Under the pieces are notes generated by a model, which was given only the letters and a program-made list of their open reading frames with translations, was not told the origin of the DNA and did not search any database. The translations under genes were made by a program, and so were the position numbers. A stretch of DNA of 63,778 nt, the filler included, from Stramenopiles sp. TOSAG23-3 (lineage: Eukaryota): NCBI GenBank assembly GCA_900128585.1. It is 6 parts of 6 records of this genome, joined end to end, with 100 filler letters (N's around TTAATTAATTAA, not from the genome) between each part and the next. Parts side by side here need not be neighbours in the genome. Positions count along the whole stretch, not along the records: positions 27,561 to 54,995 come from LT642261.1; 5 more parts are not named here. One strand, 5' to 3'. Of the stretch, positions 28,737 through 38,009 are shown one piece after another; the first letter of the stretch is position 1; each line of letters begins with the position of its first letter.

Positions 28737-30449
28737 ATGTCGAGCTCCCCCGGTCGGCGGAGTCTTGGAAAGGCTAGGATGTCGTTTGTTGGTTCTGCAG
28801 CGTCCACACTAATTGAGACGTTGGCGATGGAAATGAGGGAAGGGGTGGCGATTGAGGACCGTTCGCACCGGTTCTCGACGTACAAAAAATGTTTTTTAGG
28901 CACGGAAGGGGTGCAATGGTTGATCGACAACAAGCACGCAAACTCCGTCACGGAAGCGGTTCAAATAGGGAACGCCATGCTTCGGGAGCAAATAATTCAC
29001 CACGTCTGCGACGATCACTTGTTTAAAAACGAATCGCTTTTTTATAGATTTTACCAAGACGAAGACGTGGGGCTGTCGTCCCACCAGCACCACGAAACGA
29101 CGAGGAAAACGATGACCCAGGTCCTCCTGCGGCTGGAGGGCTGCGAGCTCGAGCTGGAAAAGGTGAGGACGGACTTTCAACGGGATCTGCGGGAGAGCGA
29201 GGCGCGGCTGGAGGAGGCCCTGGCAAATGTTTCGCACTCGAAAGAGCTGCACGTCAACATAGTCCTTTTCATCGTTCGGTCGTGGGGGCTGATCGTTTCC
29301 TTCTATACGATAAACATACTGAGCGAAATGCACAATGGGGAGGAGCCGGCGAACCAGTGGTACTCCCTCGGGACGAGCGTGTGCGTCATGGCCACCCTGT
29401 ACTGGTGCGGCCTGGACAGGCGGGCCGTTGAGACAGGCTTTGCTCAGGGTTCAACGGGGAAATCGACGGGCGGGTCAGCTCCCAGCGTTTACATCGAGGA
29501 ACGCACGCCAAGCAAGAAATCCAGAATACTTCGACGCCGTTACACGTCGGCGTACCTAGCTGCTGGCGGGGGCGACGAGGACAAGATCAAAGCAGTGCTG
29601 GACATTTTGCACTCCCAAGCCACCACAGTACCCTACGTCATCTGCGACGCCGTGACAAAAGGCTGCGTTGCCGCCAATACGGTTGAGCCGCTTGTGATCG
29701 ACAACGAGTTCTTCCACGGAAAATTGATTTTGGCCCTCCGAAACGGGAGCCAAACCCCGCTGACGCGTGACAACTACTTCCCGAACAAGCAGCGGATCAC
29801 TGCCAATTTTGTTCAAGGGCGGTGTAAAAAGCGGATACCATTCAACGAGCTCTGGACAGGGCAAGCGTTCCGGCGCCCGTTCAAGGACGTCCCGTCGGGG
29901 TTCCTTGTCAAGATGCTAATCTCCTTGCTGAACGCCCTCGCCCCCAACTTGAAGGCGGACGTTCATGGCAAACGGCCGTACCTGCTGACCCCGCTGATCA
30001 GCGCTGCCCAAACGCTGGAAATAAAACGCCCGGGTGACGAGCTCGACCTGAGCAAAATTTGGTCGCGAGAGCTCAGCGACAACGACTTGGAGGACACCAA
30101 CCTGCTGTTTCCCGACCCAAGCGACAGTCAAAGGAACATGACGTACAACCAGAGGAGAAAGTACTTTGCACAAGCAAAGCGAATGGAAGGCATGTACATG
30201 GAGCCGGGCCTGGTCTACACGTTCGGGTTTTGGCAAGATATTTTTGACCCCACAGACTACACGGCGAACATGCCCTTTGGAAAGTACGACGTTGCAAAGT
30301 ATATGGACGGGCAGCCCATGCTAATGCTCGGAAAGGTGGGCCTGGGAGATTTGCTGGAGAGTGGTGGGAACCCTGGTGGGAAGGATTGCGGCGATTTGTG
30401 GAACATCGAGATGTGGCACCGAGAGATACTGAGCAAAGAGTTGGGGTAA
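28737..30449 (+). CDS. DEP domain + coiled coil + 2 TM + DUF1769-like domain protein
   Basis: DEP: IEDRSHRFSTYKKCFLGTEGVQWL..EAVQIGNAML..IIHHVCDDHLFKNESLFYRF. DUF1769-like: NEFFHGK..YFPNKQR..VQGR..GQAFRRP..PYLLTPLISAAQ..RRKYF..VYTFGF..YMDGQP. The start is uncertain because ATG|GTAAGT at 28618 hints at an upstream exon. Confidence 0.8.
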   Translation: MSSSPGRRSLGKARMSFVGSAASTLIETLAMEMREGVAIEDRSHRFSTYKKCFLGTEGVQWLIDNKHANSVTEAVQIGNAMLREQIIHHVCDDHLFKNESLFYRFYQDEDVGLSSHQHHETTRKTMTQVLLRLEGCELELEKVRTDFQRDLRESEARLEEALANVSHSKELHVNIVLFIVRSWGLIVSFYTINILSEMHNGEEPANQWYSLGTSVCVMATLYWCGLDRRAVETGFAQGSTGKSTGGSAPSVYIEERTPSKKSRILRRRYTSAYLAAGGGDEDKIKAVLDILHSQATTVPYVICDAVTKGCVAANTVEPLVIDNEFFHGKLILALRNGSQTPLTRDNYFPNKQRITANFVQGRCKKRIPFNELWTGQAFRRPFKDVPSGFLVKMLISLLNALAPNLKADVHGKRPYLLTPLISAAQTLEIKRPGDELDLSKIWSRELSDNDLEDTNLLFPDPSDSQRNMTYNQRRKYFAQAKRMEGMYMEPGLVYTFGFWQDIFDPTDYTANMPFGKYDVAKYMDGQPMLMLGKVGLGDLLESGGNPGGKDCGDLWNIEMWHREILSKELG

Positions 30450-30681
30450 GGCAAATGGGAGAGGAAATTTACTTTTTACGAGAGTGTACGAACTACGAAC
30501 AATTTAATACCTTACTGCGTATTTAGTGGACAAAAAAATGTTTTGATTTGACCGGAATCATGTTGTTGTACAGTACCTGTACATGTTTAGATCTCGTATA
30601 CATGTAGTCAATCATATCTATTTCTATGAGAGTCTTAAAACATACTATATATTTTGTTTTTTTTTCTATTTCTATTTGACT

Positions 30682-33600
30682 CTACGCAAGACAGAACACG
30701 TCAATGTCACTCTTTCCTGGCACCGTCTGCCCCCCCGCAAATACTGCACAGTTGTCCACACTGCCAGCTGACAACCAACCGCGGCCCGTATTCAATGCAA
30801 TCTCCGAATTCATCCATACGTTCTTTTCCAGATCCAACACATCGACCGTAGAACGCCCTGGAATTTGACCTCCAGCAAACACAACGTAGCGGTCTAAAAT
30901 GCATGCTGCCGCCAAGTTTGAGCGTGCAACGCTCAGCATCATGTTGGTCCATGTTTTGCGACTCACATCGTATATATCAACGGCGGCACTTCGACCACCA
31001 GCAACTTGACCACCAGCAAAGAGAATTTTACCACCACACCCGACGGCTGTTGCGTATTGCCGCGCTTCTTTTGACGGCACGACACCCGAAGCAAACCAGC
31101 GTTTCGACGTCGTGTTGTACAAATCAAATTGATCAGAATATCCCTCTGTGTTTGAAACGTCAGAATACCCAAGACCAAAGCCAATCACGTCCTGCTGAGC
31201 AGCAGCACTTAATTTTTTGCGACCGACACTCAGCTTATAATCGACATCATGCGACAGAATGCCACCGCTGGTAGCATTCAATACAAAGACATCCGTCGCG
31301 AACGCATGCTTCTCATTGTGCTTGTCGTTTCCATTCCCTTGCCCACCAGCACAGATTATTGTATCGGATGTACCCGCACATGCTGTAAATGCAGAGGCAG
31401 TATGCTTGGTGAGCGAGTGAAGCCAATAGTAGTTGGTTTCATTTGTTTTTGGATTTCTCTCATCGGATGCCGCCTTCGCCGACAGAAGGTCGACGGCATT
31501 GTTATTGCCGCCGCCAGATCCAAAGAACGCGGTGCCTTGAGAACCAACATTTGGAAGGTAACCACCTGTCGTGCTATCTCCACTTTGTGCATGTGGAAGC
31601 GACGGCAAGGTGCGCACTGTTTTTGACACAACGTTCACACATTCAACTGCGGATGATGGTGGCGCGCCCTTGCCCTTACCAATAACGTTACCGCCAGCGA
31701 AACAAACTTCGCGAGTAGCCGGTAACGGAGCTGAAATCATTGCTCCGCGTTTCTGCGTTAAATTTAGCACCGTGTGAACCCATTGAATCTCGTCTGAAGC
31801 AGGAAACATAGCGCAATCGCCGTCCAACGCAAACGCGTCGGCATACCCATCTTGACCGACGAAAAGGACGGCGTTGCCAACACTGGCAACTCCTTGATTC
31901 ACCATTTGAGTATGCGCTACTCCGTGAGACCACATTCCTGTGTCTCCGTCGTAAAAATCGAGCGTGACTTTTGCCTCGGTGTCAATATTGCCAGGTCCGA
32001 AAGCAGCCCACCTTCCGTTCGCACCGACAGTTACACCATGCAAATTGCTGCGATTGTGATGCAGACGATCACCAGTGTAGTGTGCACCTGTTTTACCACG
32101 GTATGGATCAAAGATATCGACGTCTCCCAAGCGCACATCGTTGTAAAACCCCCCGGCAAATACTGCCACGCCGTTCGCGCCGCTGCCAACAAATCTGCCA
32201 CTCGCATGAGCCGCACCAAAATATTGGCGGGCACCTATTAAAGCGTTTGTGGTCCAAGTATTTGTAGATGTGTCGTATATGTCAATGGTAGCAGTGTAGC
32301 CCTTCAGGTTCGAATTCGGTGGATGTTTTGAAATTTCACCTCCTGCAATAATAATTTTTGACCCGACGGTGACAGCTTCCGGCTTTTTTCTCGGTTGCGA
32401 TAAATGGGCTCTTGACCAAGTTTTGGTTAGATGATTGTAAATTTCAACCACGTTTGTCTCGCTTTGTTTGGCTTGTGGTGCACTGCCACCTGCAAATATG
32501 GTGACATCACCAGCGGATGCGCAAGCAACTTCATCGCGCCCGAGAGACATGTTCATTACGCTCCATGTATTGGTCATGGAGTCCCACAGATCAATCAGAG
32601 TCGATTTCGGTTCACCGCGTGCGATCGTACCTCCTGCAAAAATTGCAAGATGATTCCAGCTTGTTGAGCACATGTTTGTTCTACTTGGCGACTGCATTTT
32701 GCCAGTCTCACTCCACTTCTTGGTCGTGGCATCAAAAATATTTACTTGCCCCGACATTGGATCGTCGAAATGCGATGTCACCACGAACACCGCAAAACGG
32801 TTCAGGACGCTCGTCGATATGCGTGAAGCTGGTAGACCCACCTTCTGCAAAGAGCATTTTTTTATTTCCCATGGCACAGGAGCCTCCGGTACCAAAACCG
32901 AAGCGGTTGACGGATTGCGACATACGACAGGGGAACATGGATTTGTCACCGGGTGACAATTATTCAACTGGTTGCAAATGCCGTTGGGTCCCGCATAGTC
33001 TGGCAAAGGACAATCGTACAGATTGCCAGAGACTTTGGGGATCCAAGGATAGTTTGCCAAGTACGCAGTCAAATTCGTGTCATGTCCAATACGACAATCA
33101 GTTAACGCAGCTAAATGTCCTTTCTCACCCCAGCTTTGGGGTAAATGTCCAGAGAAATTATTGATGTTGAAAGAGAAACGTCGCAATTTCTTTAATTGTC
33201 CAATCGAGGAGGGTAAACTTCCTGTAAATCCGTTTCCGTCCCAATACGTCTCCTCCATGTTCACAAAGGGAGCAAACGCTTCATCCGGTATCGTTCCTGT
33301 CAATGCACAAAAGTTACAATTGAACTGGACTGCTTTTGTCAGCGACGACAAATATGTCAGGGGAAACGGACCAGTAAAGGGATTTCGACCAAGTTTCAGA
33401 ATTTCAAGATTTGTACAATGGTTGAGTGATTTCGGAATGTTGCCAGTCACGTTATTTCCATGCAGCGAAAGCTCCGTCAACGCCGTCATGTTTTCAAATC
33501 GATCTTCCACTTGGCCTCCAAGGCAGGTGTACTCAAGATTCAGAACACGCAGCTTGCTCATCGTATACAACGATGCTGGAAGCGACGACATCTGAAGGTC

Positions 33601-34755
33601 GTTGCCAACGCAGCCACTGTACGTTGCCGGACGCCCGCCAGACAACGATAGCGATTGAAGCTCCGTTAGAAGATGACCCAACGATGATGGCAGCGTTCCC
33701 TTCAAACCATTGTGTTCGAGAGAGATGCCGGTAACACGCCCGTCTTTCGAACATGAAATTCCATGCCATTTGCAGACACTTACTTTTTGGTCCATCCAAG
33801 CTTTGTTCTTCTTCCACTGTTTGTAGTTCAGCACACTGGCGAAATCAACCAAACCTTGAATGTCGTCGGGATGATCACGTACTGCATGGGCATGGGGCAA
33901 TGGACCAAGTTTGACGTACTTGTAGTGCCTGCTGTTGGGGTATTCAATCAGTATCGTGTCGATAGCTTTCGGTGCGCGCTCTTCCTCTCTTTTGCCGCCG
34001 CGAAGGTGGTGGTAATAATCGTACGAAACGCTTCCCATCGACATCGTCAGCTTGTACTCGGTGGTGCTTTTTCGTTCGATCGACAGTTCCATGTCCACAG
34101 GCTGCCCCGTGGGAGCTTCGAAGCAACCTGTCTCCGCGAGACGCTCCTTTGACAAGGCGTCTCCTGGGTGCTTCAGGCCGTTGAAATTGAAGCTGCACGG
34201 AACTGCGGTCGAGCCCGACTTGGGCGTATATTCTCGTGCTTTGGTCGATACGTGCGGTGAGATGCGAAAGCTGTAGCCGAGAAAGGATTTGAATGGTGCG
34301 CTCGACAACACTTTGTTCACACCGCGGTAGGAGGTCGTTTCTCCCCAGCCTGATGCGTTGATGTGCTCGGTGCCGCTCGAGTCCAAAAGTCCAATGCGAA
34401 AGTCGCCAGTCCCGGCCAAGCAATGAATGCTTGTATGCATGCAAGGCTCTTTGTTTTTGCAGTACTGGTGATTTGACCAGTCTCTTGGCAGGCAGTCGTC
34501 GCTCCCGTCACTCTCCCACGTGAGTCTGACGCTCGCGGTGTCACCGTTTCGTGAAAGGGAAAGCGGCGTTGGCAAGTACGTCAGAATGGTGTCGGGTTTC
34601 GACATGTCTTGCCACAGAAGGGTGTCGTTCATCACGGTCAGGTTTGTTTCGATGCGGTTCGAGTACCAAGATGAACCAAAGACCGCAGGCACTGCCGACG
34701 TGGACGATGCCCGCAGCAGGATCACTGCCATGACGGACTGGAGCAGGTGGTTCAT
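30682..34755 (-). CDS. Secreted LRR + Kelch-repeat protein
   Basis: Signal peptide, then an uncharacterised Cys-containing domain of ~270 aa. Plant-type LRRNT (W...VSVCKWHGISC..GRVTGISL..NGLKGTLP) and LRRs. About 12 Kelch blades (FAGG...VDIYD....W). Confidence 0.85.
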   Translation of the reverse strand: MNHLLQSVMAVILLRASSTSAVPAVFGSSWYSNRIETNLTVMNDTLLWQDMSKPDTILTYLPTPLSLSRNGDTASVRLTWESDGSDDCLPRDWSNHQYCKNKEPCMHTSIHCLAGTGDFRIGLLDSSGTEHINASGWGETTSYRGVNKVLSSAPFKSFLGYSFRISPHVSTKAREYTPKSGSTAVPCSFNFNGLKHPGDALSKERLAETGCFEAPTGQPVDMELSIERKSTTEYKLTMSMGSVSYDYYHHLRGGKREEERAPKAIDTILIEYPNSRHYKYVKLGPLPHAHAVRDHPDDIQGLVDFASVLNYKQWKKNKAWMDQKVSVCKWHGISCSKDGRVTGISLEHNGLKGTLPSSLGHLLTELQSLSLSGGRPATYSGCVGNDLQMSSLPASLYTMSKLRVLNLEYTCLGGQVEDRFENMTALTELSLHGNNVTGNIPKSLNHCTNLEILKLGRNPFTGPFPLTYLSSLTKAVQFNCNFCALTGTIPDEAFAPFVNMEETYWDGNGFTGSLPSSIGQLKKLRRFSFNINNFSGHLPQSWGEKGHLAALTDCRIGHDTNLTAYLANYPWIPKVSGNLYDCPLPDYAGPNGICNQLNNCHPVTNPCSPVVCRNPSTASVLVPEAPVPWEIKKCSLQKVGLPASRISTSVLNRFAVFVVTSHFDDPMSGQVNIFDATTKKWSETGKMQSPSRTNMCSTSWNHLAIFAGGTIARGEPKSTLIDLWDSMTNTWSVMNMSLGRDEVACASAGDVTIFAGGSAPQAKQSETNVVEIYNHLTKTWSRAHLSQPRKKPEAVTVGSKIIIAGGEISKHPPNSNLKGYTATIDIYDTSTNTWTTNALIGARQYFGAAHASGRFVGSGANGVAVFAGGFYNDVRLGDVDIFDPYRGKTGAHYTGDRLHHNRSNLHGVTVGANGRWAAFGPGNIDTEAKVTLDFYDGDTGMWSHGVAHTQMVNQGVASVGNAVLFVGQDGYADAFALDGDCAMFPASDEIQWVHTVLNLTQKRGAMISAPLPATREVCFAGGNVIGKGKGAPPSSAVECVNVVSKTVRTLPSLPHAQSGDSTTGGYLPNVGSQGTAFFGSGGGNNNAVDLLSAKAASDERNPKTNETNYYWLHSLTKHTASAFTACAGTSDTIICAGGQGNGNDKHNEKHAFATDVFVLNATSGGILSHDVDYKLSVGRKKLSAAAQQDVIGFGLGYSDVSNTEGYSDQFDLYNTTSKRWFASGVVPSKEARQYATAVGCGGKILFAGGQVAGGRSAAVDIYDVSRKTWTNMMLSVARSNLAAACILDRYVVFAGGQIPGRSTVDVLDLEKNVWMNSEIALNTGRGWLSAGSVDNCAVFAGGQTVPGKSDIDVFCLA

Positions 34756-35186
34756 TGTTTCTTTTTTGTAAAAGAGCTTGTATCTTGTATAAAAGATAAA
34801 AGAGAGAGAGAGAGGCCGGTGACGCGTCGACGCGTCGATTATTCAAGTGTTGTAAACGTTTCAATAATAGAGATTACCACTGGGTCAACTTTCAAATACG
34901 CATCGTATTCGAAACCCTGAAACAATTTAGCAACCAACTCGTGAATGTGCTTCACATTGCCATACTAGAAATTCGTTACGGAAGTCTTCTAGTTGCGCTC
35001 ACGCGCCGCAATAGCGCATCTAATATTAATAATTGCTTTCATCGGCTAATCGTCCTTCTTCCAGGACTTCTTCTTCCTTCATCATCGTCTATTGTCCTGA
35101 TAGGGATCCGGTGTATTTTTTTTATTTTATTATTTTTTATTGATATAATGATGATATGCATATTTTATATTTTATAGTCTTTAATC

Positions 35187-36539
35187 TCATTTCTTCTTCT
35201 TCGTTTTGTTCGTCTGCTGGGTGGTGTCGTCGGACGGCAAGAATTCCTCTTCTGCGGCCAATGCTTCGCTATCTATCCCGCCGCTCTTGTACACGGTCAT
35301 GTTTTTGTCCTTTAGGGTGACTTTGACAAGCTTTTCCCCTTTCACGCTTGGGGTTCGAAAGTTGCGAAAGGTGGTCGGGTTCATCGGAGAGGCGATCATG
35401 CCTTCCAGCTTGTTTGCCGTGGTGTCGCTGATCTTCGTGTAGTCTGGGGAAGTGGTGGGCGTCCCCAAGTGGACGGTGCTTTGCAGCCTGTTGGGGTGGG
35501 AAAATATTTTCAAGTAATTCGCTGACTTAATGAACCCCCTCGTGTTGTGAAGGTCCGACAAGGCCGCCTCCTTTTCCCCCTTCGTCTTCGTGGGCCAGGC
35601 GCCCTTTCCAACCACGCCTGCCTCTGCGGGCAAGGCGCCGACGACGCCGCTCGTTTCTTCAAGGATCGCGCGTTCGCTTTTTATTTCTGCGTGCTCTTGC
35701 ACCCCGATGGAATGCGCCGTTTTCTTCTGGATGTCCCGCTTCCACGCTTCCTCTAGGACACGCTTGCGCTCCCGCACGGTCCTGACTTCCTCCCCTCGGA
35801 TCTGCTCCTTCACCTCCTCGACACCCTCGTCTGCTCCTTCGTTCTCCCTCTCCTCCTCTGGCTTGGAGGCCGGGCGGAGAGCGTCCACCTGCTCCACTTC
35901 GAGGCCCTTCCGGGTGTCCTTCTCTTCTTCGACAATGTTGTTGATGTACTTCTTCATGTCAAATCCAGGGACCTTGGGGGCCTTCTTCCGCGGCTCGACC
36001 GGGTTTGCTTTGCTTTTCTTTTCCTTCCTGCTTCCCCCCGTAGGCTTGACGACTTCGGGCTTCACGTTCCAAGGCGACAGCTTCGTTTTGTTCGATTGGG
36101 TCACTTTTACTGGCACCGCGACTCGGGGGGGGACGACCGCAGGGGCGGGCTTTGGCTTCTCGACGACCGCGGGGACGTACGGGGGCGTTTCTTTTGGGAT
36201 TTTGCAGACTTTGAACAACCACTTGGAACATCCTCGGTGCAGGAATGGTCCCTTCTGATCCCCTGAGATGCACTTTCCTTTCACGGCTGGGTGCCCGTCG
36301 GCGCAGAACCCGCAGCCCTCGGCCAAGACGCAGGGCGAACAGCTCCCCAAGTGGTCGTAAAAACATGGGTCGTTCAGTGTCCGGACAACGCTTGGTACAT
36401 TCTTGGTCGGTTTTTGGGAAGCCTGCGGTGGTGGCGCTGGGCCGTCCGGTTCGCCCGGGCTGTTCGCCCGTAGCAAGGCACCATTGCAATACCCCGCGGT
36501 TAAAAGGGCCAACACCGCAACGGACGAGACGCGGGCCAT
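35187..36539 (-). CDS. Secreted PSI-domain-like protein with Pro/Lys/Glu-rich tail
   Basis: Signal peptide MARVSSVAVLALLTAG; PSI pattern C....GSCSPCV...GCGFC......KC..G...GP.....C..W....C. ATG at 36539. Confidence 0.7.
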   Translation of the reverse strand: MARVSSVAVLALLTAGYCNGALLRANSPGEPDGPAPPPQASQKPTKNVPSVVRTLNDPCFYDHLGSCSPCVLAEGCGFCADGHPAVKGKCISGDQKGPFLHRGCSKWLFKVCKIPKETPPYVPAVVEKPKPAPAVVPPRVAVPVKVTQSNKTKLSPWNVKPEVVKPTGGSRKEKKSKANPVEPRKKAPKVPGFDMKKYINNIVEEEKDTRKGLEVEQVDALRPASKPEEERENEGADEGVEEVKEQIRGEEVRTVRERKRVLEEAWKRDIQKKTAHSIGVQEHAEIKSERAILEETSGVVGALPAEAGVVGKGAWPTKTKGEKEAALSDLHNTRGFIKSANYLKIFSHPNRLQSTVHLGTPTTSPDYTKISDTTANKLEGMIASPMNPTTFRNFRTPSVKGEKLVKVTLKDKNMTVYKSGGIDSEALAAEEEFLPSDDTTQQTNKTKKKK

Positions 36540-37215
36540 GGGTTGGATAGGGAAGGAGGGAAGGGGGAAAGGAATGTATATATAAAGGTATTCCAACCGC
36601 TCTCTTCTTCTTCAAGTTCTATCTTTCTCTCTCTCTGTGTGTGCGTCGCTAATTCCCTTGAATTGTTCACATTGTAATCGTGGGCCATTCCTTCTTTTCA
36701 AATGATCATGAAGTGCCAAGGATAAAGATCATTACTTAAACTAACGTTCCTGGAATCCCTTTGCATAAACTTCTCTATCACCGTTTAACTTAAGGAACAC
36801 ATGCATCCTAAGAAAATACAATGTGTCCATACTCTACAAGCATAATGAAATTATAAAAAAAAACATACTAATAACCATAGCATCCTTTATAAAGACTAGT
36901 TAAACCCATGCTAAAATGATCATAATCTTCAATGCCTTAACTTTAAATTCTTCCTACTATGTTCATGCATTGCTTATGGCTTTAAAACCCTAATATTAAC
37001 CTCTCCCTCCCTTTTCCATTTCAATTTATTTTCCTGTCTTCCTCATTTTAATTACGTTAAGTCAAAAACGATTGAACCGTGCGCCTATGGTATTGCATGT
37101 ATAAAAAGTACGACAGGTGGTATGATTCATGTAGAATAAGATTCAGATGGGATGGTTTGTTTCTTTGAAGGAGTTACAGAAAATTAAAAAAAAGAGATAA
37201 GTGAATTACACACAT

Positions 37216-37512
37216 TAACATAGCAATAGCATAGGAATAGTACATAATTAACATAGAAATACCATAGGAATAAAATACACTTAATATAACAATAGCATAG
37301 GAATAAAATACACTTAATATAACAATACCATTGGAATAAAATACACTTAATATAACAATAGCATAGGAATAAAATACACTTAACATGCAAATAGCATAGG
37401 AATAATATACATTTAACATAGCAATAGCATAGGAATAATATCCATTTAACATAGCAATAGCATAGGGATTGTGTAGCGTTAACATAGGATTAGCATGTGA
37501 TCATTGTATAGT
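37216..37512. repeat. 33-bp AT-rich tandem repeat, ~9 copies plus degenerate flank
   Basis: Consensus TAACATAGCAATAGCATAGGAATAAAATACACT at a 33-nt period. Confidence 0.9.
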
Positions 37513-38009
37513 TAAAGGTGAATAGCATAGGTTTATTATTCAATTAACATTGAATAGCATTGGTTTAATATAGCAATAGCATTGCGAGTGGGGTGATACC
37601 ATGATACATCATATCATATTGGGCAATATGATTTTAGTCCAATTTCTTCCAGTGTTTTTTATCTCCATTCCGTTTTTCTTGCTTTTCTGTTTTTGTATTA
37701 TAAACGTATATAACAATGTGGACAATAGTGTTTGATAGAATATAATGTACTGTACATATTCATATAATATAAAATATGGTTTATTCGTTAAAAATAAAAT
37801 ATAAGAAACAAAAAGGAATTGAAATAGAGACTAAATGCAATGGATCTAACGAATGCAACGTATGCAACGAATGCAACGAATGCAACGAATGGATGAAGTC
37901 AGCAAGAGGAGAAAGTGGAAATCGTTGCAGATCCAGTGTAGGACAAACAAGTGCTGGGATTATTGGACGACTAAACAACCCATTGTGAACTTGATTGTTG
38001 ACTGCTTTA

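Noticed and set aside
37216-37512. CRISPR-like appearance of the 33-bp array (and of 27917-28101)
   Set aside because: The units are contiguous with no unique spacers, there are no cas genes, and the context is eukaryotic.
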